Shown here one piece after another: positions 9,662 to 19,109 of a stretch of DNA of 48,437 bases. Position numbers and translations under genes: made by a program. The stretch lies in NCBI GenBank assembly GCA_045106415.1, contig JBGCEP010000009.1, forward strand, positions 1-48,437, written 5' to 3'. Source of the DNA: Oligoflexales bacterium. Lineage in GTDB: Bacteria > Bdellovibrionota_B > Oligoflexia > Oligoflexales > Bog-1112. Below the pieces are notes generated by a model. The model was not told the DNA's origin, searched no databases, and saw only the letters and a list, made by a program, of their open reading frames with translations. Within the stretch, counting starts at the first letter, position 1. Every line of letters starts with the position of its first letter.

Positions 9662-10032
9662 TGACTTTGTGTTCAATTATTTCTTGTGCCTCAAAATTTT
9701 CTGGCCAAGTGATGAATGATAGTATTTCGAACTTTAGAAATGGAAGAGTGAATGTTCTTGGTTTAGAAAATTCTTTTCAAGAAGTAATTACGATAGAAAA
9801 AAATGGGAACTTTTTTATCGATGAAGATATGCCAAATGGAATTTATTTAGTAGAAGTTCTCATTCCTGGATATGAAGTTTTCTCACAAAAAATCCATATT
9901 GATGGAAGAAAAAATATTAAATTCCATTTAAATAAAATTATCATGCCTAAAAAGAGATTGAATCGCGTGTCAGATGAGTTTGATGTTAGCCGAGCTTCAG
10001 GGACGGTAAGTCTGACCCCACCTAGACTGTAA
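9631..10032 (+). CDS. small lipoprotein with carboxypeptidase-regulatory-like beta-sandwich
   Basis: Lipobox IISC; FSGQV...NGNFFI...PNGIYLVEVLIPGY pattern. Confidence 0.7.
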   Translation: MATAKNIGFIMTLCSIISCASKFSGQVMNDSISNFRNGRVNVLGLENSFQEVITIEKNGNFFIDEDMPNGIYLVEVLIPGYEVFSQKIHIDGRKNIKFHLNKIIMPKKRLNRVSDEFDVSRASGTVSLTPPRL

Positions 10033-10044
10033 ATAGGAGTTTTT

Positions 10045-12807
10045 ATGAAATTTTTCTACAGCATATTTTTTTCTTTATTCATAATAAGTTGTTATCAAAA
10101 ACCTACTGTTGATGTGACCATGAGAGCTAAAGATTATCGCGGGAATTTAATATCTGGCGCGAGAGTTTTTTTTGACAAAAATCACGTGGGAACTACAAAC
10201 GAAAAAGGTTTCTGGTCTGGAGAATATTCAGGAAGTGAAAATGAAAAATTCAGAATTGAAGTTACAAAAGATGATCCTCTAAAATACTATGAACCTTATG
10301 TGGAGCTTATTCAAATAGGGGAAGATTTAAAACAAAGTGTTTTTATTAATGCAACATTTTATTCTGTCCCTAAAAAAAATAGTGAGATAAAAAAAACTAA
10401 AGATTTAAAAAAAATATCGCAGGTAAAAAAAGAAGAATCTTTCCGTAATATGAAGAACAAGGAAATAGATAGAAAAAAAATAAATTCGATTGCTGAAAAA
10501 CAAAAAAAAATAGCACCTCTTCTTGAAGAAAAAAATTCTAATGAAGAAAGTTCAGAGCAAGTTCTTTTGCTCCCAGATGTTGTTGTTTCTGAAAAAGAAA
10601 ATTCAAAAATTAAAAATCTGAAGAAAGATAAATATTCTGTTATTTTTGTTCATACGAAATTTAAAACAAAAAAAGTAGAAGGAGTTAAAGTTCATATTAT
10701 TTCTAGTGAAAAAGAAAATTTAAAATTAGAGTGCCAAACTAATGTGCGTGGACGATGCATGGTGCGAGTCCCAGGAGAGAGTCAAAAAATCACTATTCAA
10801 TTAAGAAAAGACGGATACCAAAGTCAGTCACATGAGAGAATTATTGCTCATCAAGAAAATTTATATTTTGATTTAACAGAAGGTCATTCTGTAAGTGTTT
10901 TTTCAAAAATGAATGTATTTGGCAGGTCATACGATCTACCAAATACACGAGTCACAATGAATGGAATCCAGTACGGATCCACAAATGATCAGGGTTTTAT
11001 CTCAGTACCCTATAAAAACATGAAAGATGAAATCATATCGATTGTCATGGATAATGAATCTGGATTCCCAAGTCGTTATGAAGAAGATTTGGTCCCTTCT
11101 GGGCATTTGAATGTGACTCATTATTTTCAACCGAAAGATTTTTCTAAGATACATGTTGTTTTTAATTTTGATAAAACTCATTTTGATTTTAAAAAAAAAT
11201 CAGCAAAAGTTATTAAAGATTTTTTTAATGAGTCAAAAGGATTTATAGAAGTTGATTCAAATTTATTCAAGAAAAAACTTGCTGCTCAAAATTTATCATT
11301 TGGTGATGCTTCGAATCATGGATGGGAAAATCTATCACCTAACTTAAGAGTTGATTTCGTAATAAAAGCTTCATCATCTATAGGTGACCCACAAATATCC
11401 GTAGTAGATCGATTTGGTAGAGTGGTGGCAGCTACAGTAATTTCTTCTTCTATTCATCGTGACTTAAATAAAATACTGCAAATGATTCCCTTTGAAGGCG
11501 TGATTCAACATGAAAGTGATTTCTTTGAAATTAATTTAGGATCTAAGCATCAAAGTTATCAAGGAAGAGGTTTTGATGTGTATGGGCTCCAGCGCGATGC
11601 ATCTGGTCGAAACCATCAGTATAAAGCTATTGCAACAGGATATGTAAAAAAAATATATAAAGACAAATCTTTGGTTGAAATTAAGTCATTAATGCCAAGA
11701 TCACATGTGGAAATAGGGCAACGAATCCGATTTCATTCTGGAAGAACTTATGTGTCTGTGAAAAATGGTGAACATAAAAAATTTCAGTTTTTTATTAAGA
11801 ATTCAACAAATGAAAGCCCCGTTCGAGGGGTGAATATTTATCAAGGTGAAAAGTGGATAGGGACAACAAAAAACAATGGAAAATTAACCTTACCTAGTAA
11901 ACCTTCTTTTAAGGAATCTTTTCGGTTTTTAAAAGAAGGTTATGAAACTTATACATCAAATCGGTTTGGTGATAATAAAATTGTTCAGATCAAAATGGAT
12001 AAAACAAAAACATGGTTGAGTGTAGAATCAACTCCTTCTAAGTCTGGTGTTTATTTAGAAGATAAGCATCTAGGTGTAACTCCATTAAAGGTTCCAATCC
12101 AGGTTGGTGGTGGTTGGGTGAAACTTAAAATAAAGGCCCCTAATGGCTATCGTGATTTTGACCAAGTGCTTGAAATAGATTCAAATGAAACTTTAGATTT
12201 GACAGGTCCTCGTAAGGTTAATTTAGAAGTTGATTATAGAGGTATTGCGCAAGGTCTTCTTAATTTAGGTAAAACAGAGCAAGCGTTAAAAAAACTTGAA
12301 TCTATACCTAAAGATCACAGTGATTATTTATTAGCATGGCATGATATTGGAAGGATTTACTGGATTTTATTAGATAAACCAGCAAAAGCGTCTTCAGCTT
12401 TTCATAATGTAACTAAAGATCTTAGTGTGGCGGATTTTAAAGATAAAAGATTTATCTCTTCGCATATCAGTGAGGGAGTTTCATTATTTGAAGCTGCAGA
12501 AAAATTATCAGATGAAGTAGCAATGCCGCATTATAAAAAATCTTTTGAAGTTCTAGATCGTGTACGGCCTTATATAAGATTCTTAGCTGAAGAAGAAAGA
12601 AAAGAACTTAGTTCGATGGCAGTTTTTTATCGATTAGCATGCATGCAGAAAATATGGGAAAAAACACAAGATTCATCCCTTCTTTATAAACTTTCAACAG
12701 AGTGGGAAGATTTTATAAGTCGCGATGATTATCACGAGAAATACCAAAAAAATGCAGAAGTGTACGCAAAAAAAATACATATAGAAAGAAGTAGAGTAGG
12801 GATTTAG
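10045..12807 (+). CDS. 920-aa multidomain lipoprotein (repeated carboxypeptidase-regulatory-like sandwiches, FlgT-C-like domain, PEGA, TPR-like C-terminus)
   Basis: Lipobox FIISC; repeats GARVFFDKNHVGTTNEKG / NTRVTMNGIQYGSTNDQG / GVNIYQGEKWIGTTKNNG; PEGA (LSVESTP...VYLEDKHLGVTPL); helical TPR-like tail. AGGAG RBS. Confidence 0.75.
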   Translation: MKFFYSIFFSLFIISCYQKPTVDVTMRAKDYRGNLISGARVFFDKNHVGTTNEKGFWSGEYSGSENEKFRIEVTKDDPLKYYEPYVELIQIGEDLKQSVFINATFYSVPKKNSEIKKTKDLKKISQVKKEESFRNMKNKEIDRKKINSIAEKQKKIAPLLEEKNSNEESSEQVLLLPDVVVSEKENSKIKNLKKDKYSVIFVHTKFKTKKVEGVKVHIISSEKENLKLECQTNVRGRCMVRVPGESQKITIQLRKDGYQSQSHERIIAHQENLYFDLTEGHSVSVFSKMNVFGRSYDLPNTRVTMNGIQYGSTNDQGFISVPYKNMKDEIISIVMDNESGFPSRYEEDLVPSGHLNVTHYFQPKDFSKIHVVFNFDKTHFDFKKKSAKVIKDFFNESKGFIEVDSNLFKKKLAAQNLSFGDASNHGWENLSPNLRVDFVIKASSSIGDPQISVVDRFGRVVAATVISSSIHRDLNKILQMIPFEGVIQHESDFFEINLGSKHQSYQGRGFDVYGLQRDASGRNHQYKAIATGYVKKIYKDKSLVEIKSLMPRSHVEIGQRIRFHSGRTYVSVKNGEHKKFQFFIKNSTNESPVRGVNIYQGEKWIGTTKNNGKLTLPSKPSFKESFRFLKEGYETYTSNRFGDNKIVQIKMDKTKTWLSVESTPSKSGVYLEDKHLGVTPLKVPIQVGGGWVKLKIKAPNGYRDFDQVLEIDSNETLDLTGPRKVNLEVDYRGIAQGLLNLGKTEQALKKLESIPKDHSDYLLAWHDIGRIYWILLDKPAKASSAFHNVTKDLSVADFKDKRFISSHISEGVSLFEAAEKLSDEVAMPHYKKSFEVLDRVRPYIRFLAEEERKELSSMAVFYRLACMQKIWEKTQDSSLLYKLSTEWEDFISRDDYHEKYQKNAEVYAKKIHIERSRVGI

Positions 12808-12810
12808 GGA

Positions 12811-14115
12811 ATGAATATCCTTAATAAAATTTTGTGCTTTGCTTGTTTCGGGTGTGTGAATCAAGGAAAGTCACACCTAAAAGATGTTGAACTGACCTCA
12901 AGTTGGTTTCCCGTAGAAGTGGAAGAAGCTTTTTCTGGTGCGTGGGGGTGGAGCCAGAAACATACATCTCAAAAAAGTGCGAGTCAAGGTGTTCAGCTTA
13001 TAGGTGTAAGACGATTGACGCGTGAAGTTGGTCAAATTCATGAGGCGAACTTGAATTGGTCTACAGATGGGGCATATTTAGGTTATGAAAAAACACAAAA
13101 TGGTATTCGCACGGTATCGTTGAAAAGTTTAAATGGAATATTTAAGAAAAATATTGCGATTCAACCAGTTAAAAAAAGTTTTTTTCAAAATCATTATGGT
13201 TTTAAAACTTGGAACTCAGGACTCAGATGGGCAAGAGACAGTAATCAATATGTATTTGTTTCGAATGGAGGATCAGGACAATTTGATATTTATTATGGAT
13301 CTATTGAAGATCAAGATAAGGCGCTTACTCAAGATAGAGCAAAAGATGGTCACGCAAGCTGGAACCCATCAAAAGAAGAAGTTGTCTATGTAAGTAGTAA
13401 AAGTGGCCAAGGTGATATTTATCTTATAAAAACAAAGTCAAAAGACATACAGCGGGTGACAAAAACAAATCACGCAGATCTCTTTCCTGAATGGGCTCCA
13501 GGTGGAGAAAGAATATTTTATTCAAGCGGGCCTTCGAATCAACATCAATTAACGGTTGTTGAAAGATTCAATGATGTGTGGGAAACACCACGTTTGATCA
13601 CGCGATGGAATGTGGATGTGTTAAGGCCAACGGTTTCCCCTGATGGAAGTGTTATAGCTTTTTATGCACAAAGTAGCCATGAAGCCCATCAATGGAATCT
13701 GCATGTGATACCCTGGGTCCCACATCGTGTGTGGAGTGATATTGAAAAAGATCAAACTATTGTCGCTAAAAATGTTGTTGTAGATCTCAATACTGGACCG
13801 ACGTGGTCACCAAATGGGCATAATATTTTTTATGTTTCTCACGGGGTGAATGGTGATGATGCAATTTTTGTATGGGATTTTGTACGAAGTCGTAGGTACA
13901 AATTATCTACTGAAACACGCGAAAATAGAGATTTAAGAATATCTAAAATAGGAGTTCTAAGCTTTAAAGCTCAAGAAGGAGCGTGGGATCGTGTTTATTT
14001 AGCATTGACGAATCAGGGTAATCAAATTCAAAAAAATCGTATCTATAAAAAACCTTGGAAGAAATCTCAAAAAAATTGGAGGATCGCATGGCGGGAAAAA
14101 TTACAATTTTGGTAA
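12811..14115 (+). CDS. TolB-like PD40 beta-propeller lipoprotein
   Basis: Lipobox CFGC; PD40 repeats WSTDG, ASWNPSK, PEWAPGG, PTVSPDG and PTWSPNG. No TolB N-domain and no tolQRA/pal nearby. Confidence 0.8.
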   Translation: MNILNKILCFACFGCVNQGKSHLKDVELTSSWFPVEVEEAFSGAWGWSQKHTSQKSASQGVQLIGVRRLTREVGQIHEANLNWSTDGAYLGYEKTQNGIRTVSLKSLNGIFKKNIAIQPVKKSFFQNHYGFKTWNSGLRWARDSNQYVFVSNGGSGQFDIYYGSIEDQDKALTQDRAKDGHASWNPSKEEVVYVSSKSGQGDIYLIKTKSKDIQRVTKTNHADLFPEWAPGGERIFYSSGPSNQHQLTVVERFNDVWETPRLITRWNVDVLRPTVSPDGSVIAFYAQSSHEAHQWNLHVIPWVPHRVWSDIEKDQTIVAKNVVVDLNTGPTWSPNGHNIFYVSHGVNGDDAIFVWDFVRSRRYKLSTETRENRDLRISKIGVLSFKAQEGAWDRVYLALTNQGNQIQKNRIYKKPWKKSQKNWRIAWREKLQFW

Positions 14116-15608
14116 TGTGTTTTTTTTCGATGCAATTGCAAGCATCAAAAATGATTTATGGCGAGACTTCAAGGATAGATCGATATGATCCTTATACAAT
14201 TCATGAAATGGCTGGTCATCGCCTTTCAGACCTTATATTTGATGGTTTGATTTCTTTAGATGTCTCAGGAAGCTATCACCCAGAGTTAGCGGAAAAATGG
14301 GAAGTGCTCCCTGGGAACACGAAAGTAAAAGTTTTTCTTAGAAAAAATGTAGTTTGGCATAATCAAGAAAATTTTACAGCTCGTGATGTTGTTAAAACAA
14401 TGCAAGTGATAAAACATACTAAAAGTGAAATACCTAATCGAGATCGATTTGATCGTGTTAAAAGTATTGTAGAACTAGATTCATATACTGTAGAAATAGA
14501 ATTTTATCAGGCTTTATCTGATCCATTAAAGTTCTTAACGTTTAAAATTATACCGTCTTCGTCATTTCTTAATGACAAATTTATAACAAAGAATCATCGT
14601 TTTTCTCAACACCCAATAGGAACAGGGCCATATGTTTTTCAGTCCTCTAATCATCAAGGTGAGGTGCTGTTGCACGCTAATGAAGAGTATTATACGTCTC
14701 CCCCAAATATAAAAAAAATATTGCTTAAAAGCTATAACGATCAACATATGATGACTCAATCATTAATGTTTAGTGCTTTAGACCTTGTGACTTGGGTGAG
14801 TCCAAATGATCTTCCTGAAGTCATTAATGATCAGAATTTAAATATTGCACCATATGACTCGCTAGAATTTTCTTTTATCGGAATTAATCAAAATAAACCA
14901 TATTTTCAAAATAAAGAAATAAGAAACGCTTTGAATCAAGCTATTCATAAAGAAGAAATGCTGCTTTCATTTTTTCAAAATAGAGGACAAATTGTTTCAG
15001 GACCATTTGCCCCTAATTCTTGGGCTTATAATATCAATGTCCCATCTATGAGGTGGAATCCAGAAAAATCAAGAAATGTTTTTGTTAAACACGGATTGAA
15101 TAGGAAAAGATTAAAATTTGTGGTCCCATTATCTGGAAAGAGTGATCTCACAAGGAAAGTTGTCTTAGCTTGCCAAACGTACTTAAAGAAATCAGGGTTG
15201 AATATTGATCTTGTTTTTTTAGATTGGGTGCAGTGGAAAGAACAAGTTTTATATAAACGTGATTATGACTTAGCTATTGCGACATGGAATTTTGATGATG
15301 CTAATAATATTAAATCTTTATTTCATAGCTCGCACGATAAAAAAGGAGGATATAATTTTGTAGGGTTTAGTGACTCTCAGATTGATAGTCTTTTAACAGA
15401 ATCTAGTTTGACCTCAGATTTTGATAAGCGGCGTGCTATTTATCATAAGCTTCATGCTTTATTATCGGAAAAATCCCCATATATTTGGCTTTGGACTCTT
15501 CAGAATCACGCTGCTCACAGAAATGAACTTTCTGGTATAAAAATAGAGCCTTTTTCATTTTTTAAAAATATCATGAGTTGGAAAAAACAATCACAGAACA
15601 ATATTTGA
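14088..15608 (+). CDS. ABC transporter substrate-binding protein, family 5 (DppA/OppA-like)
   Basis: Signal peptide; LIFDGL, PELAEKW, LRKNVVWH..ENFTARDV, PIGTGPY and IRNALNQAI motifs; GGAGG RBS. Confidence 0.9.
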   Translation: MAGKITILVMCFFSMQLQASKMIYGETSRIDRYDPYTIHEMAGHRLSDLIFDGLISLDVSGSYHPELAEKWEVLPGNTKVKVFLRKNVVWHNQENFTARDVVKTMQVIKHTKSEIPNRDRFDRVKSIVELDSYTVEIEFYQALSDPLKFLTFKIIPSSSFLNDKFITKNHRFSQHPIGTGPYVFQSSNHQGEVLLHANEEYYTSPPNIKKILLKSYNDQHMMTQSLMFSALDLVTWVSPNDLPEVINDQNLNIAPYDSLEFSFIGINQNKPYFQNKEIRNALNQAIHKEEMLLSFFQNRGQIVSGPFAPNSWAYNINVPSMRWNPEKSRNVFVKHGLNRKRLKFVVPLSGKSDLTRKVVLACQTYLKKSGLNIDLVFLDWVQWKEQVLYKRDYDLAIATWNFDDANNIKSLFHSSHDKKGGYNFVGFSDSQIDSLLTESSLTSDFDKRRAIYHKLHALLSEKSPYIWLWTLQNHAAHRNELSGIKIEPFSFFKNIMSWKKQSQNNI

Positions 15609-15615
15609 GGATTTA

Positions 15616-16488
15616 ATGGCAACTGAAGTTGATCTTCAAGCTGAAGAAGAAAAAAAAGCAGCAGGCGTTGTTGAATATCTTCAAGCTCCGAAGAAAAAAA
15701 GAAAAAATTATTGTGTGTTAGCGCTTGGTAATACAGAATCATCTATCATAAGTGGCATAGAACTTCATATTAAGAATAATTTTTCAGCTTTTACTACAGT
15801 AAGGCCTAAAACTGAGTCTGATTTAGTTAAGTTTTTTAATCGACAAATATCTCTTCTTATTATTGATGATGATTTTTGTGGTATCGAAAGCAACATGGAC
15901 CTAGTTTTATCTTTAAAAGAGAAAAAAGTTGATGATAACGTACCTGTTCTTTTTTTTACGTCAGACCCAGAGTCTCTTATCCAAAACTACCACGATCAGC
16001 TGATTTTATATCAAGAGGTTGATGATTATTTAACGCATCGGCGAATGCCGATTTCACAAATTTTATCACGTGTGCAAGAGATTTTAGAATCTGGCGCTAA
16101 ATCAAGAAGAAAAAGTCGTCGCTATAAAACAGAAGTTCATGTGAAATTCTTAAATTTAGCAAAAGATAGAAGTATTGATGGTGTCCTGCTAGATATAAGC
16201 CTACATGGTTGTGTTTTGCAAACATCTGAACAAACAGTTTTTGGTTCTCGTGATCAAATTTTAATCCAAATACCAGTTGCTGGGATTTTGCCAGTGTCGT
16301 GGAGTGGTGAGTTTTTACCATTATCAGCCAAGGTTCAAAGAGTTTATATGGGTGGTGATAGAGCGGCTTTAAGTTGGGAATATATCTCTGAAATGCAAAG
16401 AAAAAATTTAGTCACTTTTCTCACAGAAACAGTAAATAGACAGCTTTATAGAAAAGCGCGAGGGCGTAAAATTACAGCTCAAGGATAG
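15616..16488 (+). CDS. pseudo-receiver plus PilZ domain protein
   Basis: Receiver-like LLIIDD, PVLFFT and VDDYL; PilZ RxxxR (RRKSR) and DxSxxG (DISLHG). Confidence 0.8.
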   Translation: MATEVDLQAEEEKKAAGVVEYLQAPKKKRKNYCVLALGNTESSIISGIELHIKNNFSAFTTVRPKTESDLVKFFNRQISLLIIDDDFCGIESNMDLVLSLKEKKVDDNVPVLFFTSDPESLIQNYHDQLILYQEVDDYLTHRRMPISQILSRVQEILESGAKSRRKSRRYKTEVHVKFLNLAKDRSIDGVLLDISLHGCVLQTSEQTVFGSRDQILIQIPVAGILPVSWSGEFLPLSAKVQRVYMGGDRAALSWEYISEMQRKNLVTFLTETVNRQLYRKARGRKITAQG

Positions 16489-16586
16489 CCAAGAAATAAG
16501 AACTCTTTACCTATAAAAATCACTATTGTATTCTAGCAATTTACTGCCATATTTAAGTAGTAAATTGTTGTGTTTTAGGAGTTCTT

Positions 16587-17279
16587 ATGAAATTTTTATC
16601 ACCGTTAGGTGAAGGTGTTCTTGTTAAAAGATATAAGAGATTTATGGCAGATATTAAATTACCCGATGGATCAGAAACAACGATACATTGCCCTAATACA
16701 GGATCAATGGCGACATGTGGGCAACCGGGTGATACTATTTTGTATTCCGATTCTATGAATCCAGCGCGAAAACTGCAGTGGACTTGGGAGCTAACAAAAA
16801 CTGCTAAAGGTTATGTTGGTGTAAATACATCCCGAACGAATCGTCTTGTAGAAGAAGCTTTTGAAAATCAACTGATTCCAAGTTTATCGCAATTCAGTGA
16901 ATTAAAAAGAGAAGTGAAATATGGTGCTTCAAGGATTGATTTTTGTTTGATTTTTGATGAAAAGCAGTGCTGGATTGAGGTAAAGAATGCAACTCTTCTT
17001 CATGCTGGCAATGTAGTGTTTCCTGATGCAGTGACTTCAAGGGGTTTAAAGCATTTGGTTGAGTTGCAAGAGATTAAAAAAGCTGGGCATCGTGCTGTTT
17101 TATTTTTTGTTGTGAATAGGTCCGAAGGTGAAAAATTTTCAATTGCTGACCATATTGATGGTGTGTATGCAAAAGAGCTGAAAAAAGCGATGAAGAATGG
17201 TGTTGAAGTCATGGCTTGGAGGACTCACGCTGATCATCAGAGTATAGAATTATTTGAAGAAGTTGCAGTAGATCTTTAA
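16587..17279 (+). CDS. sfsA: DNA/RNA nuclease SfsA
   Basis: RYKRFMAD, HCPNTGSM, REVKYG.SRIDF, WIEVKN and FPDAVTSRGLKHL motifs. Confidence 0.95.
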   Translation: MKFLSPLGEGVLVKRYKRFMADIKLPDGSETTIHCPNTGSMATCGQPGDTILYSDSMNPARKLQWTWELTKTAKGYVGVNTSRTNRLVEEAFENQLIPSLSQFSELKREVKYGASRIDFCLIFDEKQCWIEVKNATLLHAGNVVFPDAVTSRGLKHLVELQEIKKAGHRAVLFFVVNRSEGEKFSIADHIDGVYAKELKKAMKNGVEVMAWRTHADHQSIELFEEVAVDL

Positions 17280-17642
17280 AAAGACATAAATATGTTGAAA
17301 GTTGATGAAGAAGTGTCTGGTTTTTGTTTGCTTATCATAAATGAGGGAGATATTCGCTTTGAAGATTTTTTAGATCTGCGCAAGAAGTAGATGATTTTCA
17401 GAGGTATCTTTCTGATTTTAAGGTTGAAGATTTTTTCTATTGTTGGATTGAGTAGAGACTTTGTCAAGAAAAATCAAAAGTTTTCTGAAAAATTAAGTTC
17501 GATAGACCTTCTCTTGGTAGATGTTTCTGGGGATATTTGTAATTTTTTTTTGGATCTTAGAAAAATAATAGTCTTGTGGAAAAATTTACATACGCCACAA
17601 GGTTATGTGGAGAAAGCGCTCAATTTTCTACAGAGTTTGTAA

Positions 17643-18146
17643 TTAATCTGTAAGGGGGTATTCAGAGTATGTAACAATTTTCCAATTTCCATTTTGAGGT
17701 TGAAGGGGGTCGTCTGGTACTATAGTAAGAATAACTAGGTCTTCTTCGTTAATTAGAGAAAAAGGTATCCTTGAAAATTTGTATTCTTGCCCTTGTGTAT
17801 CTTGAAAAATAGATTGTTTGAGGGAAGTGTTTAAAAAGCGGCCAACAATTGCAGGTGCGCCATATGGGAACCTAAGGATATGGGTTTTTTCCATAAGTAA
17901 ACAATCTTCTTGTAAAGGATCTAACACCCCTATTATTGAAATAATAAAACCCGAGAGTCTTCGGAGTTGATCTGATTTTTCTGTATTACAAATTGGGATT
18001 TTTTGTTTGTCGTGTGTTTTGAGAGATATTTCTGAGTGATGAGGAGGGCCTTGAATAAAGAGTTTGCCTTCAAGTGTGATGAGGTCTTTAGTTTTTGCAG
18101 AAACAGCAAGGAGACCTAAGAAAAGAAATGTATATAATCCATTCAT
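17643..18146 (-). CDS. hypothetical exported protein, coupled to flgD
   Basis: Signal peptide MNGLYTFLFLGLLAVSA; ATG 1 bp after the flgD stop; beta-rich with two possibly OB-like halves. Confidence 0.65.
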   Translation of the reverse strand: MNGLYTFLFLGLLAVSAKTKDLITLEGKLFIQGPPHHSEISLKTHDKQKIPICNTEKSDQLRRLSGFIISIIGVLDPLQEDCLLMEKTHILRFPYGAPAIVGRFLNTSLKQSIFQDTQGQEYKFSRIPFSLINEEDLVILTIVPDDPLQPQNGNWKIVTYSEYPLTD

Positions 18147-18147
18147 A

Positions 18148-19095
18148 TTATGCTTTAGTTTGATGTTGTGAGATAGCATTTTTTATCTGATTATGTGGGT
18201 TAAATGGTGTTTTCGGCTTTTGTTTTATGCTCATATCTTTTGGAGCCCGAACTTCTTTTATACTAGCTCCATCAATTGATCCGACATCTGTTTTTAGTTT
18301 GTATGATTCTTCACTTGTATCAATTCCTTGGATTTTCAGCCGTGTTTTGACAGGTATTTTTTGTTTTTGACCTTGATTGTCTTTTGATGAAAGTTCGAGG
18401 CTGTACATTCCTGATGTAGCCAGTTGTTTGTCGTCTTTTATACCATCCCAATGAATGGCGTGGTCACCTTTTTCAAATGCTCCCAATGGAATGGTTCTGA
18501 CTGATTTTCCAGAAGAATCTTTTACGGAAAGTTCGACGTTCTGAGCTGCTGTTTCAATACTGAAATGCGCAGGTGTTGTATTATCTCCATTCCATTTGAC
18601 AAGGCCGTTGTGACCATCTATTTCTTTTCCAATGTATTGCATCATATTCATGTTGTTAGATTGTGTACTTATATTCTGTAGCGTTTCAATAGCGCTGTTT
18701 ACATTTTGCATTTGTTCTAGGCCATTAAATTGAGCCAGTTGTGCTGCCATTTCTGCGCCATCTTTTGGATTTAAAGGATCTTGGTGTTGAAGCTGTGTGA
18801 CAAAAAGTTTCATGAAATCGTCTTTGCCCAGAGTTGTTTTTGGTGCAGCTCGTTGTGTTGTTTGTTCATTTAATTGTCTTAAAAAATCTTCATAGTTTTC
18901 AGCCGAAGACAGGTCACCGTTTTTTTTGTCTGTCATACGTTTTTGTTCTTCAGCATTAGATTCTAATAAAAGTTTTTTAAAGTCTACTTTTGGTGCAGCA
19001 CCATCATCTTTTTGATTCTTATTTTGTGTTGAAAAGTTTTTAGAAGGTTGTGTAGGGCTAAAAGGAGCTATTTTTTGTTGAAGCGAAGCTTTCAT
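18148..19095 (-). CDS. flgD: flagellar hook capping protein
   Basis: LGKDDFMKLFVTQLQHQDPLNP...AQLAQF motif; FlgD-Ig WDG...G.Y. Confidence 0.95.
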   Translation of the reverse strand: MKASLQQKIAPFSPTQPSKNFSTQNKNQKDDGAAPKVDFKKLLLESNAEEQKRMTDKKNGDLSSAENYEDFLRQLNEQTTQRAAPKTTLGKDDFMKLFVTQLQHQDPLNPKDGAEMAAQLAQFNGLEQMQNVNSAIETLQNISTQSNNMNMMQYIGKEIDGHNGLVKWNGDNTTPAHFSIETAAQNVELSVKDSSGKSVRTIPLGAFEKGDHAIHWDGIKDDKQLATSGMYSLELSSKDNQGQKQKIPVKTRLKIQGIDTSEESYKLKTDVGSIDGASIKEVRAPKDMSIKQKPKTPFNPHNQIKNAISQHQTKA

Positions 19096-19109
19096 GTGGA
19101 AGTCCTTTT

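Noticed and set aside
12811..14115. Calling this gene tolB of a Tol-Pal system
   Set aside because: It is a lipoprotein without the TolB N-domain, and tolQ, tolR, tolA and pal are absent.
17280..17642. Short ORFs (17292-17390 +, 17391-17642 +, 17276-17467 -) as a gene or pseudogene
   Set aside because: No recognisable motif and no clear RBS. Could be a decayed gene, but I cannot support it.
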